DNA of 62,380 nucleotides from Nanobdellota archaeon (GCA_034722435.1 JAYENX010000050.1:1-62380); one strand, 5' to 3'. Positions 26,049-35,468 are shown, counted from the stretch's first letter. Notes: a model not told the origin generated them from the sequence alone. Numbers and translations: made by a program.

Positions 26049-27983
26049 ATGTCAATATGGAACTATTTATTTGGTGAAAAAAAAGAATCTCTTGAAGCAG
26101 CACTAGATACGGATACAAACGGTACAAATTCCACACCAAGACCCGATATTACAGAAACAACTGATGAATCTGATTATACTACAAGTTCTACAACTGAAGA
26201 ATCAACTGAATCAGAAACTTCTACACCAACTCCTAAACTAGCACCAGTGATTCCATCAATAACACCAGTTACACCAACTTCTGACCCTGATGAAACATAT
26301 AAACAATTACTAAAAGATGCCACCCCCGAAAGTAACGAAAAAATAAAAGAATTTGGTCAATATTTATTTACTAACCTTAACGAAGAACTTGGAAATATCA
26401 CAATAGATGATGAAGAAAAGAAAAGAGACTGGATTATAGCATCAGATTTAGCAACCGCTGTTAAACTTAGAAACCAAGATTTAGCAGATTATGTAATAAG
26501 ACATCACCAAGGAGAAATAACATTATCAGATGAAAAGCAAACTCATTTTGATAATTTTATTGATTATACTAAAAAACAAATCATTATTGGTAAAGGAGAC
26601 GACAAAGTAGAAAAATACAAAACACGTAACACTTCAGATCTAAATGAAAGAGATCAGACAGCATTAGAAGTTCTTCTTGAAAAAGCTATTGAACATTATG
26701 ATAGAGCAGAATCTGTAATCACTAAAGCAGATGAACTTATAGACTCAAAAGAACTTTCACTAGCACAAGCACTTTTGAACCAATACGATCACACTACTAA
26801 AACAGACAAAAAAGATATCTTTACTAAACAAATGGAAATTCTTGAAAAAGGAGAAACAATCTACAACACAGCTACTCAAGATAAATTAGACGAAAATAGA
26901 AATAATGTTGAAGTTGTAAGAACAGCTCTAAAATCTCTTGACGCATTACTTAATGTAAAAACCCCATATAAAAATGGCGAACCAACTGAAGATAGTAAAA
27001 ATTTAGTTGAAAAAAATATGGCTTTATCAAAAAAAGCTAACCAAGACAGATTAAGAGTTAACGTACAAGAATATATTAACCAAAGTCTAGCCGGAGAACA
27101 AGATACAGACAATCAAAAAATAGGAGCTATCTTTGATACAACCACCCAAATAAGTTCAGAAGGACTTATGACAGAGTATGAAAAACTAAAAGAAGAAGCA
27201 GACACTGAAAAAAATACCAGTGTTAAAATTCAAAAACTTGAAATTGCCTATGCTCTTACTCCGATAACAATAGATGAACAAAGAGAATTAGTTTGTAAAA
27301 CAAATAATGCTAAAGAACATTTCTGGAACAATGCAGAATACGGAAAAGATTTAGCAGAAGCATTAATAGAAACTGGCGATTATGAAAAAGCTCTAGGACC
27401 TATCAACTTTAGCCTTACAATTGCAAGAGGTTTACCCGCACAAGGAAATAAAGAGACAGGAAAAAGAAAAGGTTTAGTCTCAAAACTAACTTTTAAAGGT
27501 TATACAGCAGCATCAAATTTAGCTGAACAAGTAAAAGCTCAAGGTCAATACGAAGCCGCTGACACACTTTACGAACAAGCACTCAATATGCTAGGAGAAC
27601 ATGTTAGTCAACAAACCGAAGAAAAACAAAAAAGACTAAAACCACAAGAAGAAGATCTAATTAATAAATACAGTAACAATAAAGAAGCATGGGCAAACGC
27701 AACTGCACAAAAACCTGCAAGCGAAATAACTAAATCAGAAATTAAGAACGCATTCGGATATTTCGTTGAAACAAGCAGAGACGAACAAGGAGATCCACAT
27801 CTCGAAGCAATACCTGATAACATAAGAGAAAGAGAATCCCAAAACGTACTTAGTTCAATTAAATACGAATTTGGTAAAATGAATGATGTTCGTGAAAAAT
27901 TGGAAACTGCATATGTCTTAAATCCAAACGACTCAGATTTAAAAGAAATGTTAGGACACTTCGAATTATTTCAAAGAAATTAA
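26049..27983 (+). CDS. hypothetical acidic protein: T/S/E-rich N-terminal region plus long helical (TPR-like) body, no signal peptide
   Basis: 644-aa ORF with a Shine-Dalgarno. The N-terminus MSIWNYLFGEKKE is followed by TETTDESDYTTSSTTEESTESETSTPTP. The C-terminal helical repeats contain Y/A/L patterns (GQYEAADTLYEQALNMLG). Confidence 0.55.
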   Translation: MSIWNYLFGEKKESLEAALDTDTNGTNSTPRPDITETTDESDYTTSSTTEESTESETSTPTPKLAPVIPSITPVTPTSDPDETYKQLLKDATPESNEKIKEFGQYLFTNLNEELGNITIDDEEKKRDWIIASDLATAVKLRNQDLADYVIRHHQGEITLSDEKQTHFDNFIDYTKKQIIIGKGDDKVEKYKTRNTSDLNERDQTALEVLLEKAIEHYDRAESVITKADELIDSKELSLAQALLNQYDHTTKTDKKDIFTKQMEILEKGETIYNTATQDKLDENRNNVEVVRTALKSLDALLNVKTPYKNGEPTEDSKNLVEKNMALSKKANQDRLRVNVQEYINQSLAGEQDTDNQKIGAIFDTTTQISSEGLMTEYEKLKEEADTEKNTSVKIQKLEIAYALTPITIDEQRELVCKTNNAKEHFWNNAEYGKDLAEALIETGDYEKALGPINFSLTIARGLPAQGNKETGKRKGLVSKLTFKGYTAASNLAEQVKAQGQYEAADTLYEQALNMLGEHVSQQTEEKQKRLKPQEEDLINKYSNNKEAWANATAQKPASEITKSEIKNAFGYFVETSRDEQGDPHLEAIPDNIRERESQNVLSSIKYEFGKMNDVREKLETAYVLNPNDSDLKEMLGHFELFQRN

Positions 27984-27984
27984 A

Positions 27985-29604
27985 TTAACGAATTTTCTTT
28001 TTTATTTCAGTTGGAAGTAATTTAAAAGCTTCAATAACCTTCTTTCGCAAATCAACAAAAATAGCAAATTCTTTTTGAATCTCTGCTCGCGATTTATCTA
28101 AAGACTCATAATTTTTTTTCAAAGTTTCTGCAGCAGTTTTAAGATGTCCCTCAATCATTGTAAGATGATGCATAGCCTTATCCCATACACCCATTTTTCC
28201 AAAAGCTCTCAAACCCATAACTGAATAAGTTTTATATGTATTCGCAAGCAAAGTCCATAACTGTTCTACCGCTATCTGTACAGGTTTCAAACGTTCAGAA
28301 ACTATTTTAACATTACTTTCATAATCAGTCATCAAAATTACCCTAGAATTCTTAATTTGCAAAAGTAATTCCCTTAACTCTTCATTCGCTGTATGAAGAA
28401 GATGAATATCTGCTTGAGATTTATCATCAACTAACTTCTTATCGGCACGTGAAAGAGTATTATATTTATTAAGATGCGCATCATAAGTTTTAAGCATGGT
28501 TTCGGCTCTATTAATTTCACTAATAAGATGTTTATCAATATTGAACTCTTTCCCTAACACCGTAATAATTGATTTAAACTCCTTAGAACCATGCTCGAAA
28601 TTACCAATCAAATCTTTTAATATTTTATTAAATGCATTAAAAGAATCATTAAACATCAAAAAACCTTTTTTAATGTAAGTACCATCTTTCGAATATTTTA
28701 AGTCTCTAGCTCCCTGTTTAAGAACTGCAACTATCTTAAGAAGTTGAGCAAGATGTTTATACTGAAGATACTCCTCAGCTTCAAGAGCTCTAATATCTAC
28801 TAAAACACGTTCATCAAGTTTTTTCTCAAGCGCTAACAACTTTTGCGCACTCTCAAGTTCAGCCTCTTCTTTCTTCTCCAGTTTACTTTCAGCAACTGTA
28901 GCCGCTTTTGCCCCAGGACTACTCGGAGTCTTATCCCCGCCACCGCCAAAGACTTTATCCCATAACGATGAACCTCCACCAGAACCGCCTTCACCCATTT
29001 GACCAGCTGCCCATGAAAACGCTTCTAATATATGTATAACTAACATGAACATGAAAAACAACTGCAATAAACCAAACCATTTAATTGTTTCAAACAAGAA
29101 CGGAAGATCACTACCACCCTGAACAGCAGCCATTGTAGAAGAAACTATCATTATAGACAAGGCATCAATTATACCTTTCATCACAGGATGACTGAAATTT
29201 TTATACATCTTAAACCCGAGCCATATAAGCAGCACAGGCAACATAATCCCGACTATACCAGCATAAAGCTCAGCCATTTTCAATACATAAGTACCTGGTA
29301 ATAATATTACTGAGAACAAAGACAATCCAAGAGAAATAACTGTACATATTCTAGGTTGTTTAAAAAATTTAAACGATCCATAATAAAACAATGCAAACAA
29401 TACTATAAACAATACAAACTTAGCAAACACTATAAAAGATTCACTCGGTCCTACACCGAACTCAACCAATATTTTTCTTAAAAGATTGTATACAGGTTCA
29501 GGTACAAGATCAAACTGTGAAGGATTATACGCAGATACACTTCCAATATTTAGAAAAGATAAAACTGCTACAATTATACCTAATAACGTAATCCTCTTTT
29601 TCAT
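27985..29604 (-). CDS. hypothetical polytopic membrane protein with Gly-rich linker and ~300-aa coiled-coil domain
   Basis: Signal MKKRITLLGIIVAVLSFLNIGSVSA, about 6 TM segments, linker GEGGSGGGSSLWDKVFGGGGDK, then heptad-rich helical sequence. A promoter lies in the 29673-29690 arm. Confidence 0.55.
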   Translation of the reverse strand: MKKRITLLGIIVAVLSFLNIGSVSAYNPSQFDLVPEPVYNLLRKILVEFGVGPSESFIVFAKFVLFIVLFALFYYGSFKFFKQPRICTVISLGLSLFSVILLPGTYVLKMAELYAGIVGIMLPVLLIWLGFKMYKNFSHPVMKGIIDALSIMIVSSTMAAVQGGSDLPFLFETIKWFGLLQLFFMFMLVIHILEAFSWAAGQMGEGGSGGGSSLWDKVFGGGGDKTPSSPGAKAATVAESKLEKKEEAELESAQKLLALEKKLDERVLVDIRALEAEEYLQYKHLAQLLKIVAVLKQGARDLKYSKDGTYIKKGFLMFNDSFNAFNKILKDLIGNFEHGSKEFKSIITVLGKEFNIDKHLISEINRAETMLKTYDAHLNKYNTLSRADKKLVDDKSQADIHLLHTANEELRELLLQIKNSRVILMTDYESNVKIVSERLKPVQIAVEQLWTLLANTYKTYSVMGLRAFGKMGVWDKAMHHLTMIEGHLKTAAETLKKNYESLDKSRAEIQKEFAIFVDLRKKVIEAFKLLPTEIKKKIR

Positions 29605-29672
29605 TTAAACACCAGTGTAATAAATACAACAATATAATTAATTATATATAAAGGATTTCTGTGTTTATAGTA

Positions 29673-29716
29673 TTTAAATGTTTTGAAAATTAAAAAAAGA
29701 TTTTCAAACATTTAAA
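29673..29716. promoter_or_regulatory. Inverted repeat of two back-to-back TATA/BRE-like promoter cores
   Basis: tttaaatgttttgaaaat (29673-29690) and attttcaaacatttaaa (29700-29716) are reverse complements apart from a 1-nt indel. Each arm reads AAACATTTAAA outward. Confidence 0.5.
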
Positions 29717-29843
29717 CTTAGAAATCACAAATTTCTTTTGTTTAAATATTTGGAATTTTAATATATATATTAAGAAATGAAAATTTATAAACAATATAAA
29801 ACAACCGAAAATTATTTAAACAACTGTTCATTTTATTAAACAT

Positions 29844-30368
29844 ATGTTCAAAGAAATAAACACATTAAAACCATTCTTAGAAGAACCAAATAAAGAGTTC
29901 AATGTAAGAGAACTTGCAAGATTGCTTAATATCGCACCAGCAACAGCAAGCAAAAAACTAAAATATTTCACAAAAAATAAAATCCTAAAACAAAGAGAAG
30001 AAAGAATGCTTCTTTTATATAAAGCAGATCTTGACTCAGAATTTTATAAAGATCTTAAAATATACTACAATATAAGAAAAATCAAAAAATCCGGACTAAT
30101 AGAAATCTTAAACAAATTCTACCTCAAACCCTCTATCACACTTTTCGGTTCAACTGCTACAGGCCTCGACACTAAAACAAGCGACATTGACTTGTTCGTT
30201 GAAACTGAACAAAAATCACAGATAAAAGAACTCAAAACATTTGAAAAAAAAATAAACAGAACCTTACAAATACTAACCGCCTCAGATATTAAAAAACTTA
30301 AAAACCCTCATTTAATAAACAATATACTTAATGGTATTACTATACAAGGAACTCTAAAATGGATTTAA
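29844..30368 (+). CDS. winged-HTH + minimal nucleotidyltransferase (MNT-like, pair 2)
   Basis: wHTH FNVRELARLLNIAPATASKKLKYFTKNKIL. NTase motif FGSTATGLDTKTSDIDLFV. Paralog of the ORF at 15644-16174. Confidence 0.7.
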   Translation: MFKEINTLKPFLEEPNKEFNVRELARLLNIAPATASKKLKYFTKNKILKQREERMLLLYKADLDSEFYKDLKIYYNIRKIKKSGLIEILNKFYLKPSITLFGSTATGLDTKTSDIDLFVETEQKSQIKELKTFEKKINRTLQILTASDIKKLKNPHLINNILNGITIQGTLKWI

Positions 30369-30778
30369 ATGAATGTTTCAAAAAAGGACTTATTAAAAAA
30401 ACCAAGATAGATACCGAACTCTCAAAATCTTTAATTGAAATGTCCAATATTAAAGAAAATACTGTTAAAAAAGCAAATATAGATAATATAAACATATCAG
30501 TCTATGTCTCAGTAGCTTATGATTCATTAAGAGAAATTCTCGAAGCAATCTGTATAATGCAAGGGTATAAAGTAATCTCACACATTTGTATAGGAAAACT
30601 TTTAAAAGAATCTATTACCCAAGAAGACTATCAAGAATTCGACAGAGTCCGCTGGATTCGAAACAGTATCAATTATTACGGAGAAAAAGTTGAATTTCAG
30701 CAAGGCAAAGAAATCATAAACAAGATTTTCAATATAAAGAGAAGATTATTAAATAACAATTTAAAGGAATTAAACTAA
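30359..30778 (+). CDS. HEPN-domain protein (pair 2)
   Basis: FDRVRWIRNSINYYG aligns with pair 1. It overlaps the NTase by 10 nt, and its stop TAA (30776-30778) overlaps the gltX ATG. Confidence 0.65.
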   Translation: MDLNECFKKGLIKKTKIDTELSKSLIEMSNIKENTVKKANIDNINISVYVSVAYDSLREILEAICIMQGYKVISHICIGKLLKESITQEDYQEFDRVRWIRNSINYYGEKVEFQQGKEIINKIFNIKRRLLNNNLKELN

Positions 30779-32457
30779 TGTCACTCGAACAATCTATCAG
30801 AAAATTCGCATTACTAAACGCTGTCAAGCATAAAGGTAAAGCTAACCCTGGCGCTTTAGTTGGCCAACTTATCCAAGAAGATCCAAAAGTAAAGGATAAC
30901 ATGAAAAAAATTATGCCACTAATTCAGAAAATTGTCAAAGAAATAAACTCTTTAGATTTCGAAAAGCAAAAAGAAATAATCAATACTGAATTCCCCGAAC
31001 TTCTTGAAAAAAAAACTGAAGAACGTGACATATTCGCATTCCTTAAACTCGATCCAAAACAAAAAGTTAATACTGCATACCCGCCAGGTCCAGAAAAATA
31101 TCCACATCTAGGCCATGCTAAAGCTTCAATTATAAATTACGAACTTGCAAAAAAGCATAAAGGAAAATTCATACTAAGATTTGAAGATACAAACCCTAGA
31201 CTTGTAAAAAAAGAGTTTTATGATATAATCCAGGACAACCTTAAATGGCTAGGTGTTAAATGGGACGAGCTAGTCTATGCGTCCGATCACATAGATTTCT
31301 TTTACGAACAAGCAGAAAAAGTAATAGAACAAGATGACGCATACATGTGCACTTGTAATCCTGACCAGATAAGAGATGGTAGAATGAACGGCAATCCTTG
31401 CAACTGCAGAAAAAAAGATTCTAAACAAAACATGAAAGAATGGAAAGAACTTTTTAAAGCACCTGAAGGTTCAGCAATCTTAAGATTAAAGATTGACCTT
31501 GCACACAAAAATTCTACAATGCGCGATCCTACAATATTCAGAATAATCGAAGAACCTCACGCACGACACAAAACTAAATATAGGGTCTGGCCAAACTACG
31601 ATTTCCAGAACGCTATCATGGACGCTAAAAACGATATCGATATGCGCATCCGTTCAAAAGAATTCGAAATGCGTTCAGAACTACAAAGACATATTCAAAA
31701 AATCCTAAACTTAAAAATCACAAGTACATACGAAATAGGAAGATTCAATCTTGAAGGAGTTCCAAGCTCAGGCAGAGTTATAAGAGAACTAGTTAACGAA
31801 GGCAAACTTCTTGGCTGGGACGACCCATCACTTCAAACATTGGTAGCTGTCAAAAGACGCGGTTTTCAACCACAAGCAATCAAGGATTTCGTACTAAGCA
31901 CTGGCTTAACCAAATCAGAATCAACTCTTACCTGGGACGATATAATAATGCACAACAAACGTCTCCTGGATAAAGAAGCACTCAGATACTTTTTCATAGA
32001 AGATCCAGTAGAAATAACTATAGAAGGAGCCCCAGAACAAAACATCCAATTAAACCTTCACCCGGAATTTCCCGAGAAAGGTTTCAGAAAATACAAAACA
32101 AACACAAAATTCCTAATAACAAAAAAAGACTACGACAACATTAAAGACAAAGAAATAATTAGACTCATGGACTGTCTTAACTTCACAAAACAAAAAGACA
32201 AACTAATATTCCATTCATTAGACTATAAAGATTTCAAGGGTAAAGGGAAAAAGATAATACACTTCTTACCACAACAACCCGACTTAACAGATACAGAAAT
32301 CTTAATGCCAAATAAAAAAGTTAAAACAGGTAAAGCATCTCCTTACATAAACAAACTAAAACCAAACATTGTAATCCAATTTGAAAGAACTGGATTTGTA
32401 AGACTTGATAAAATTGAGAAAAAAGATAAAAAATATATGTTTTGGTTCACTCATTAA
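30778..32457 (+). CDS. gltX: glutamyl-tRNA synthetase, archaeal type
   Basis: Archaeal N-terminal block IRKFALLNAVKHKGKANPGALVG. HIGH-type motif PHLGHAKA. Class I core ILRFEDTNP. Confidence 0.9.
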   Translation: MSLEQSIRKFALLNAVKHKGKANPGALVGQLIQEDPKVKDNMKKIMPLIQKIVKEINSLDFEKQKEIINTEFPELLEKKTEERDIFAFLKLDPKQKVNTAYPPGPEKYPHLGHAKASIINYELAKKHKGKFILRFEDTNPRLVKKEFYDIIQDNLKWLGVKWDELVYASDHIDFFYEQAEKVIEQDDAYMCTCNPDQIRDGRMNGNPCNCRKKDSKQNMKEWKELFKAPEGSAILRLKIDLAHKNSTMRDPTIFRIIEEPHARHKTKYRVWPNYDFQNAIMDAKNDIDMRIRSKEFEMRSELQRHIQKILNLKITSTYEIGRFNLEGVPSSGRVIRELVNEGKLLGWDDPSLQTLVAVKRRGFQPQAIKDFVLSTGLTKSESTLTWDDIIMHNKRLLDKEALRYFFIEDPVEITIEGAPEQNIQLNLHPEFPEKGFRKYKTNTKFLITKKDYDNIKDKEIIRLMDCLNFTKQKDKLIFHSLDYKDFKGKGKKIIHFLPQQPDLTDTEILMPNKKVKTGKASPYINKLKPNIVIQFERTGFVRLDKIEKKDKKYMFWFTH

Positions 32458-32511
32458 TTTATTAATTAATATTATTCTATCCACTAACATTATTCAACAA
32501 TATTAATAAAT

Positions 32512-33249
32512 CTACTCATCAATAACTTTCTCAACAAGCGCACCATAATCTTTAGCACCTGAACTACTTTTAGCATACTTAAATATACTTTTACCATGCT
32601 TAGGCGCTTCTTTTAACTTCGAATTCATCCTTATAGGACTACTTACTTCTCCAGGAAAAGTTTCCTGCATAGCTTTCAAAGTTTCTTTACAAATCTTGTT
32701 TCGTTTATCAAAAAGTGTAGGTATAATCATACTTACTTTGATAGTATGCCCATAGTGTTTACTTATCTCTTCAACTATACCAGGAATTTTCATAAGCGCA
32801 TCATATCCTAAATAATCAGTGCTCACCGGAACAAATAATTCATCACAAAACGATAACACGTTCTGGTTAAGAATACCAAGTGAAGGAGGACAATCAACAA
32901 TCATAAAATCATATCCAGAAATCTTACTAAGCATATCCTTGAAAGTATCAGCTAAACCTTCTTGATTTGCAAGATAATATTCAACCTTTGCAAGCGATTC
33001 TGTTGAACCTATAACATCAAAATTTGTTGCTATATTAACAATGACATCATTAATCTCACTATTTCCCCTCATTACATCATAAAAATTATTCTTAACACCC
33101 GCTCTTAAAGCAAGATCAATGTTACCTTGCGGATCTAAATCAACCAAAAGAACTTTCTTATCCTTTCTCGAAAGACCTGCTGCAAGATTGATGGCAGTAG
33201 TTGTTTTTCCAACCCCTCCTTTATGATTAAATATACAAATTGTCCTCAT
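32512..33249 (-). CDS. ParA/MinD-family P-loop ATPase
   Basis: Deviant Walker A NHKGGVGKTTTAINLA and Walker B VLLVDLDPQGN. AGGTGAT Shine-Dalgarno before the ATG at 33249. The GTG at 33258 is rejected. Confidence 0.85.
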   Translation of the reverse strand: MRTICIFNHKGGVGKTTTAINLAAGLSRKDKKVLLVDLDPQGNIDLALRAGVKNNFYDVMRGNSEINDVIVNIATNFDVIGSTESLAKVEYYLANQEGLADTFKDMLSKISGYDFMIVDCPPSLGILNQNVLSFCDELFVPVSTDYLGYDALMKIPGIVEEISKHYGHTIKVSMIIPTLFDKRNKICKETLKAMQETFPGEVSSPIRMNSKLKEAPKHGKSIFKYAKSSSGAKDYGALVEKVIDE

Positions 33250-33540
33250 CAATATCACCTGTTTTATTTTTTATATTTTCTAAATCTTTTCTAAGTTTTT
33301 CTTAGATTTTTATATGATGAAAATGTTTACCGAGAGTATATAAGCTTTATCAAAGTACACCATATAGTAATATGAAACTTTATACTAAACCATGCTTTAG
33401 CATCTTAATTTTTCACTCGACCACCTTAGGCAAGAGACTTTCTACTAAAATATTTTACACAATACACACATGTAATTACATAGTTAAATTTAAATACTAA
33501 AACAAAATAAAGTAAACTAAATAATAACGGGGTGAATATT

Positions 33541-33702
33541 ATGATAGTAGTTAAAGCTAAAATAAAAGAACTTGCAGGTAACTATAACGTTTCTGGCGAC
33601 TTTGCCGAAGCTCTAGATGTAAAAGTTAGCGAATTTGTAAAAGCAGCAATTGCAAGAGCAGAAGCTAATAACAGAAAAACAGTTATGGCTAAAGACTTAT
33701 AA
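33541..33702 (+). CDS. DUF1931-type histone-fold-like small protein (53 aa)
   Basis: Not in the ORF track. Sequence MIVVKAKIKELAGNYNVSGDFAEALDVKVSEFVKAAIARAEANNRKTVMAKDL. GGGGTGA Shine-Dalgarno. The pattern matches DUF1931 (K.K.kel....mrvs.df.eaL...v..li..A..rA.anGRKTv...D). Confidence 0.6.
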   Translation: MIVVKAKIKELAGNYNVSGDFAEALDVKVSEFVKAAIARAEANNRKTVMAKDL

Positions 33703-33729
33703 TATTTTTATTAAATTTTTTCTTTAATT

Positions 33730-34872
33730 TTATAAGCCAAACCAAGCCCTTATTCTTGTCATTAGACTAAGCTGTTTAGGAGCTCCAAACTCTTTAGGCA
33801 TCTCAAATTTATTATCAAGATCAGGTTGTAAATCTGGAAGATGATTTTCAACTTTAGGAAGTTCTAAACCTTTTTCTTGCTTAACAAAATCATTTTCAAG
33901 TTTAGGTAAACTGGATACAACAGACTTACCTTCGCCTTCTAAAGCAGGCATATTTAACTGCTTATTTGTCGGCTTAGGAGGTAACTTTTTAGGAGAAAAT
34001 TCAGGCACTTTTTTTAATGAAGGAATCTTTAACTCAGAAACAGCTTCCTGCTTTTTCTCTTTAACCTCTTTCTTAATATCTTTAAAATTAGGAGGGACCC
34101 ATTCTGGTTTTTTCTCAGGCAAATTCAAATTCAACTTTCTCGGTACAAAACCTGTTGAAGGCGGATACTTTTTCATAAGTATCTCAGACTTATTTTTTAA
34201 ACTAGAAATTTTTTCTTCAACTTTTCCCAAAACTTCTTTAGGAATCCCTTTCTTTTTAAGTTCTTTAGACTTTCTTTCAAGATGCCGTATTTCTTGTTCA
34301 ATAAGTAAAAGCTGCTTTCGATTCATCTGTACATCAGAACGTATACGCTTCTCAAGCAAATTTAAACGTGCAGGTGAAACAACATCCAATCTCTGCCTTA
34401 TATCTGAAATACCTCGATTAGCTCTATTAACTTGTTCTTTAGTATACCTAAGATCATAAAGTTCTTCTTTTTCAACATGACTTAAACCAAATTCAAGCTG
34501 TTCAATTCTATTTTTATACTCTGCAGCGTGCAAATTTTCAGATGCCATATTCCTATCAAGCTGCGTTTTCATTTTTTCAAATTCGTCTTTAAAATCAGGA
34601 CTTACCTGTTCAAGCTTAGTTTTTAGAAGATCAACATAACGCTTTTGCTGTTCAAGCATCTCTCTTTCATTTTTCATAACTTGTCTTAAAGTTTCTTCAA
34701 TTTCCTCAAGTTCAGATGATACATCTTTACCTTTTTTTGCAGAAGCTTTTACTTTCTGTAATTTTTTAGTAAGATCTTTTTTAGAAATATCTCTTTCTTT
34801 AACATTCTGCGCAGCCTTTCCTAAATGTTTCAGGGCATAATTCAATTTTTCAATTCTAATTCCTGGATTCAT
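33730..34872 (-). CDS. hypothetical coiled-coil protein with Pro/Lys-rich C-terminal half
   Basis: 380 aa. Its start overlaps the upstream stop (ATGA). It has long heptad regions and ends in LSLMTRIRAWFGL. Confidence 0.5.
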   Translation of the reverse strand: MNPGIRIEKLNYALKHLGKAAQNVKERDISKKDLTKKLQKVKASAKKGKDVSSELEEIEETLRQVMKNEREMLEQQKRYVDLLKTKLEQVSPDFKDEFEKMKTQLDRNMASENLHAAEYKNRIEQLEFGLSHVEKEELYDLRYTKEQVNRANRGISDIRQRLDVVSPARLNLLEKRIRSDVQMNRKQLLLIEQEIRHLERKSKELKKKGIPKEVLGKVEEKISSLKNKSEILMKKYPPSTGFVPRKLNLNLPEKKPEWVPPNFKDIKKEVKEKKQEAVSELKIPSLKKVPEFSPKKLPPKPTNKQLNMPALEGEGKSVVSSLPKLENDFVKQEKGLELPKVENHLPDLQPDLDNKFEMPKEFGAPKQLSLMTRIRAWFGL

Positions 34873-35468
34873 TTAGAAAATAACCCACCCAACATTCCTT
34901 TTCTTTTATCCTGTGGAGAAGGAGTTTTCTCAAAAGCACTTAAACCCGGTGGAACCGGCGGCTTTTCAAGTTGTGGCATCACAGGTCTTGGACCAGGTGC
35001 TGGTCTCGGACCAGGAGCATGCATAGGATTCGGAACCCGCGGCCTAGAAGGCTGCCTAGGCATTGAATGCATACTTGGCTTAGGCATCATAGGAGCCGAC
35101 GATCTTGGAGCCATAAACTCTAACCTGTGCAAAGCTTCCTGCATTTTAGGAATCTCTTCCCTAAACATGTCAGCTACTGCAAGTATACCTGATGCAATCT
35201 TTTGATTTTGATCAATCAAAGTGTTCAACTTTTTCATTACAGGGTCAAGAGCTTTCTCCTCTTTTTCCTCTACATTCATTGCAGTTGCAGCAGTACTAAA
35301 CATATCAATCATATTATTCAAAGAACCAGACAATTTATTCATTGAACCTTTAAGATCTTCATAACGCGCCTTTTCATCAGGCGACAATTTCTTGTGCTTT
35401 AATCTCTCAATTTCAGTCTCCACAGTGTGAAGACGTTTATGAGGCATGATTTCATATTCTTCAGCCAT
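34869..35468 (-). CDS. hypothetical coiled-coil protein with Pro-rich tail
   Basis: GGTGAT Shine-Dalgarno. A helical N-terminal part is followed by PRQPSRPRVPNPMHAPGPRPAPGPRPVMP. It ends in KRKGMLGGLFSK. Confidence 0.5.
   Translation of the reverse strand: MAEEYEIMPHKRLHTVETEIERLKHKKLSPDEKARYEDLKGSMNKLSGSLNNMIDMFSTAATAMNVEEKEEKALDPVMKKLNTLIDQNQKIASGILAVADMFREEIPKMQEALHRLEFMAPRSSAPMMPKPSMHSMPRQPSRPRVPNPMHAPGPRPAPGPRPVMPQLEKPPVPPGLSAFEKTPSPQDKRKGMLGGLFSK

Noticed and set aside
26049-26090. ESCRT-III-like N-terminus (MSIWNYLFGEKKE resembles the M..LFG.K starts of Snf7/CHMP proteins). A similar LFG appears in the 28-aa mini-ORF at 57402
   Set aside because: The match is only a 5-6-residue resemblance. 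The remainder of the 644-aa protein (acidic T/S tract plus TPR-like helices) does not have ESCRT-III helical hairpin length or charge organisation.
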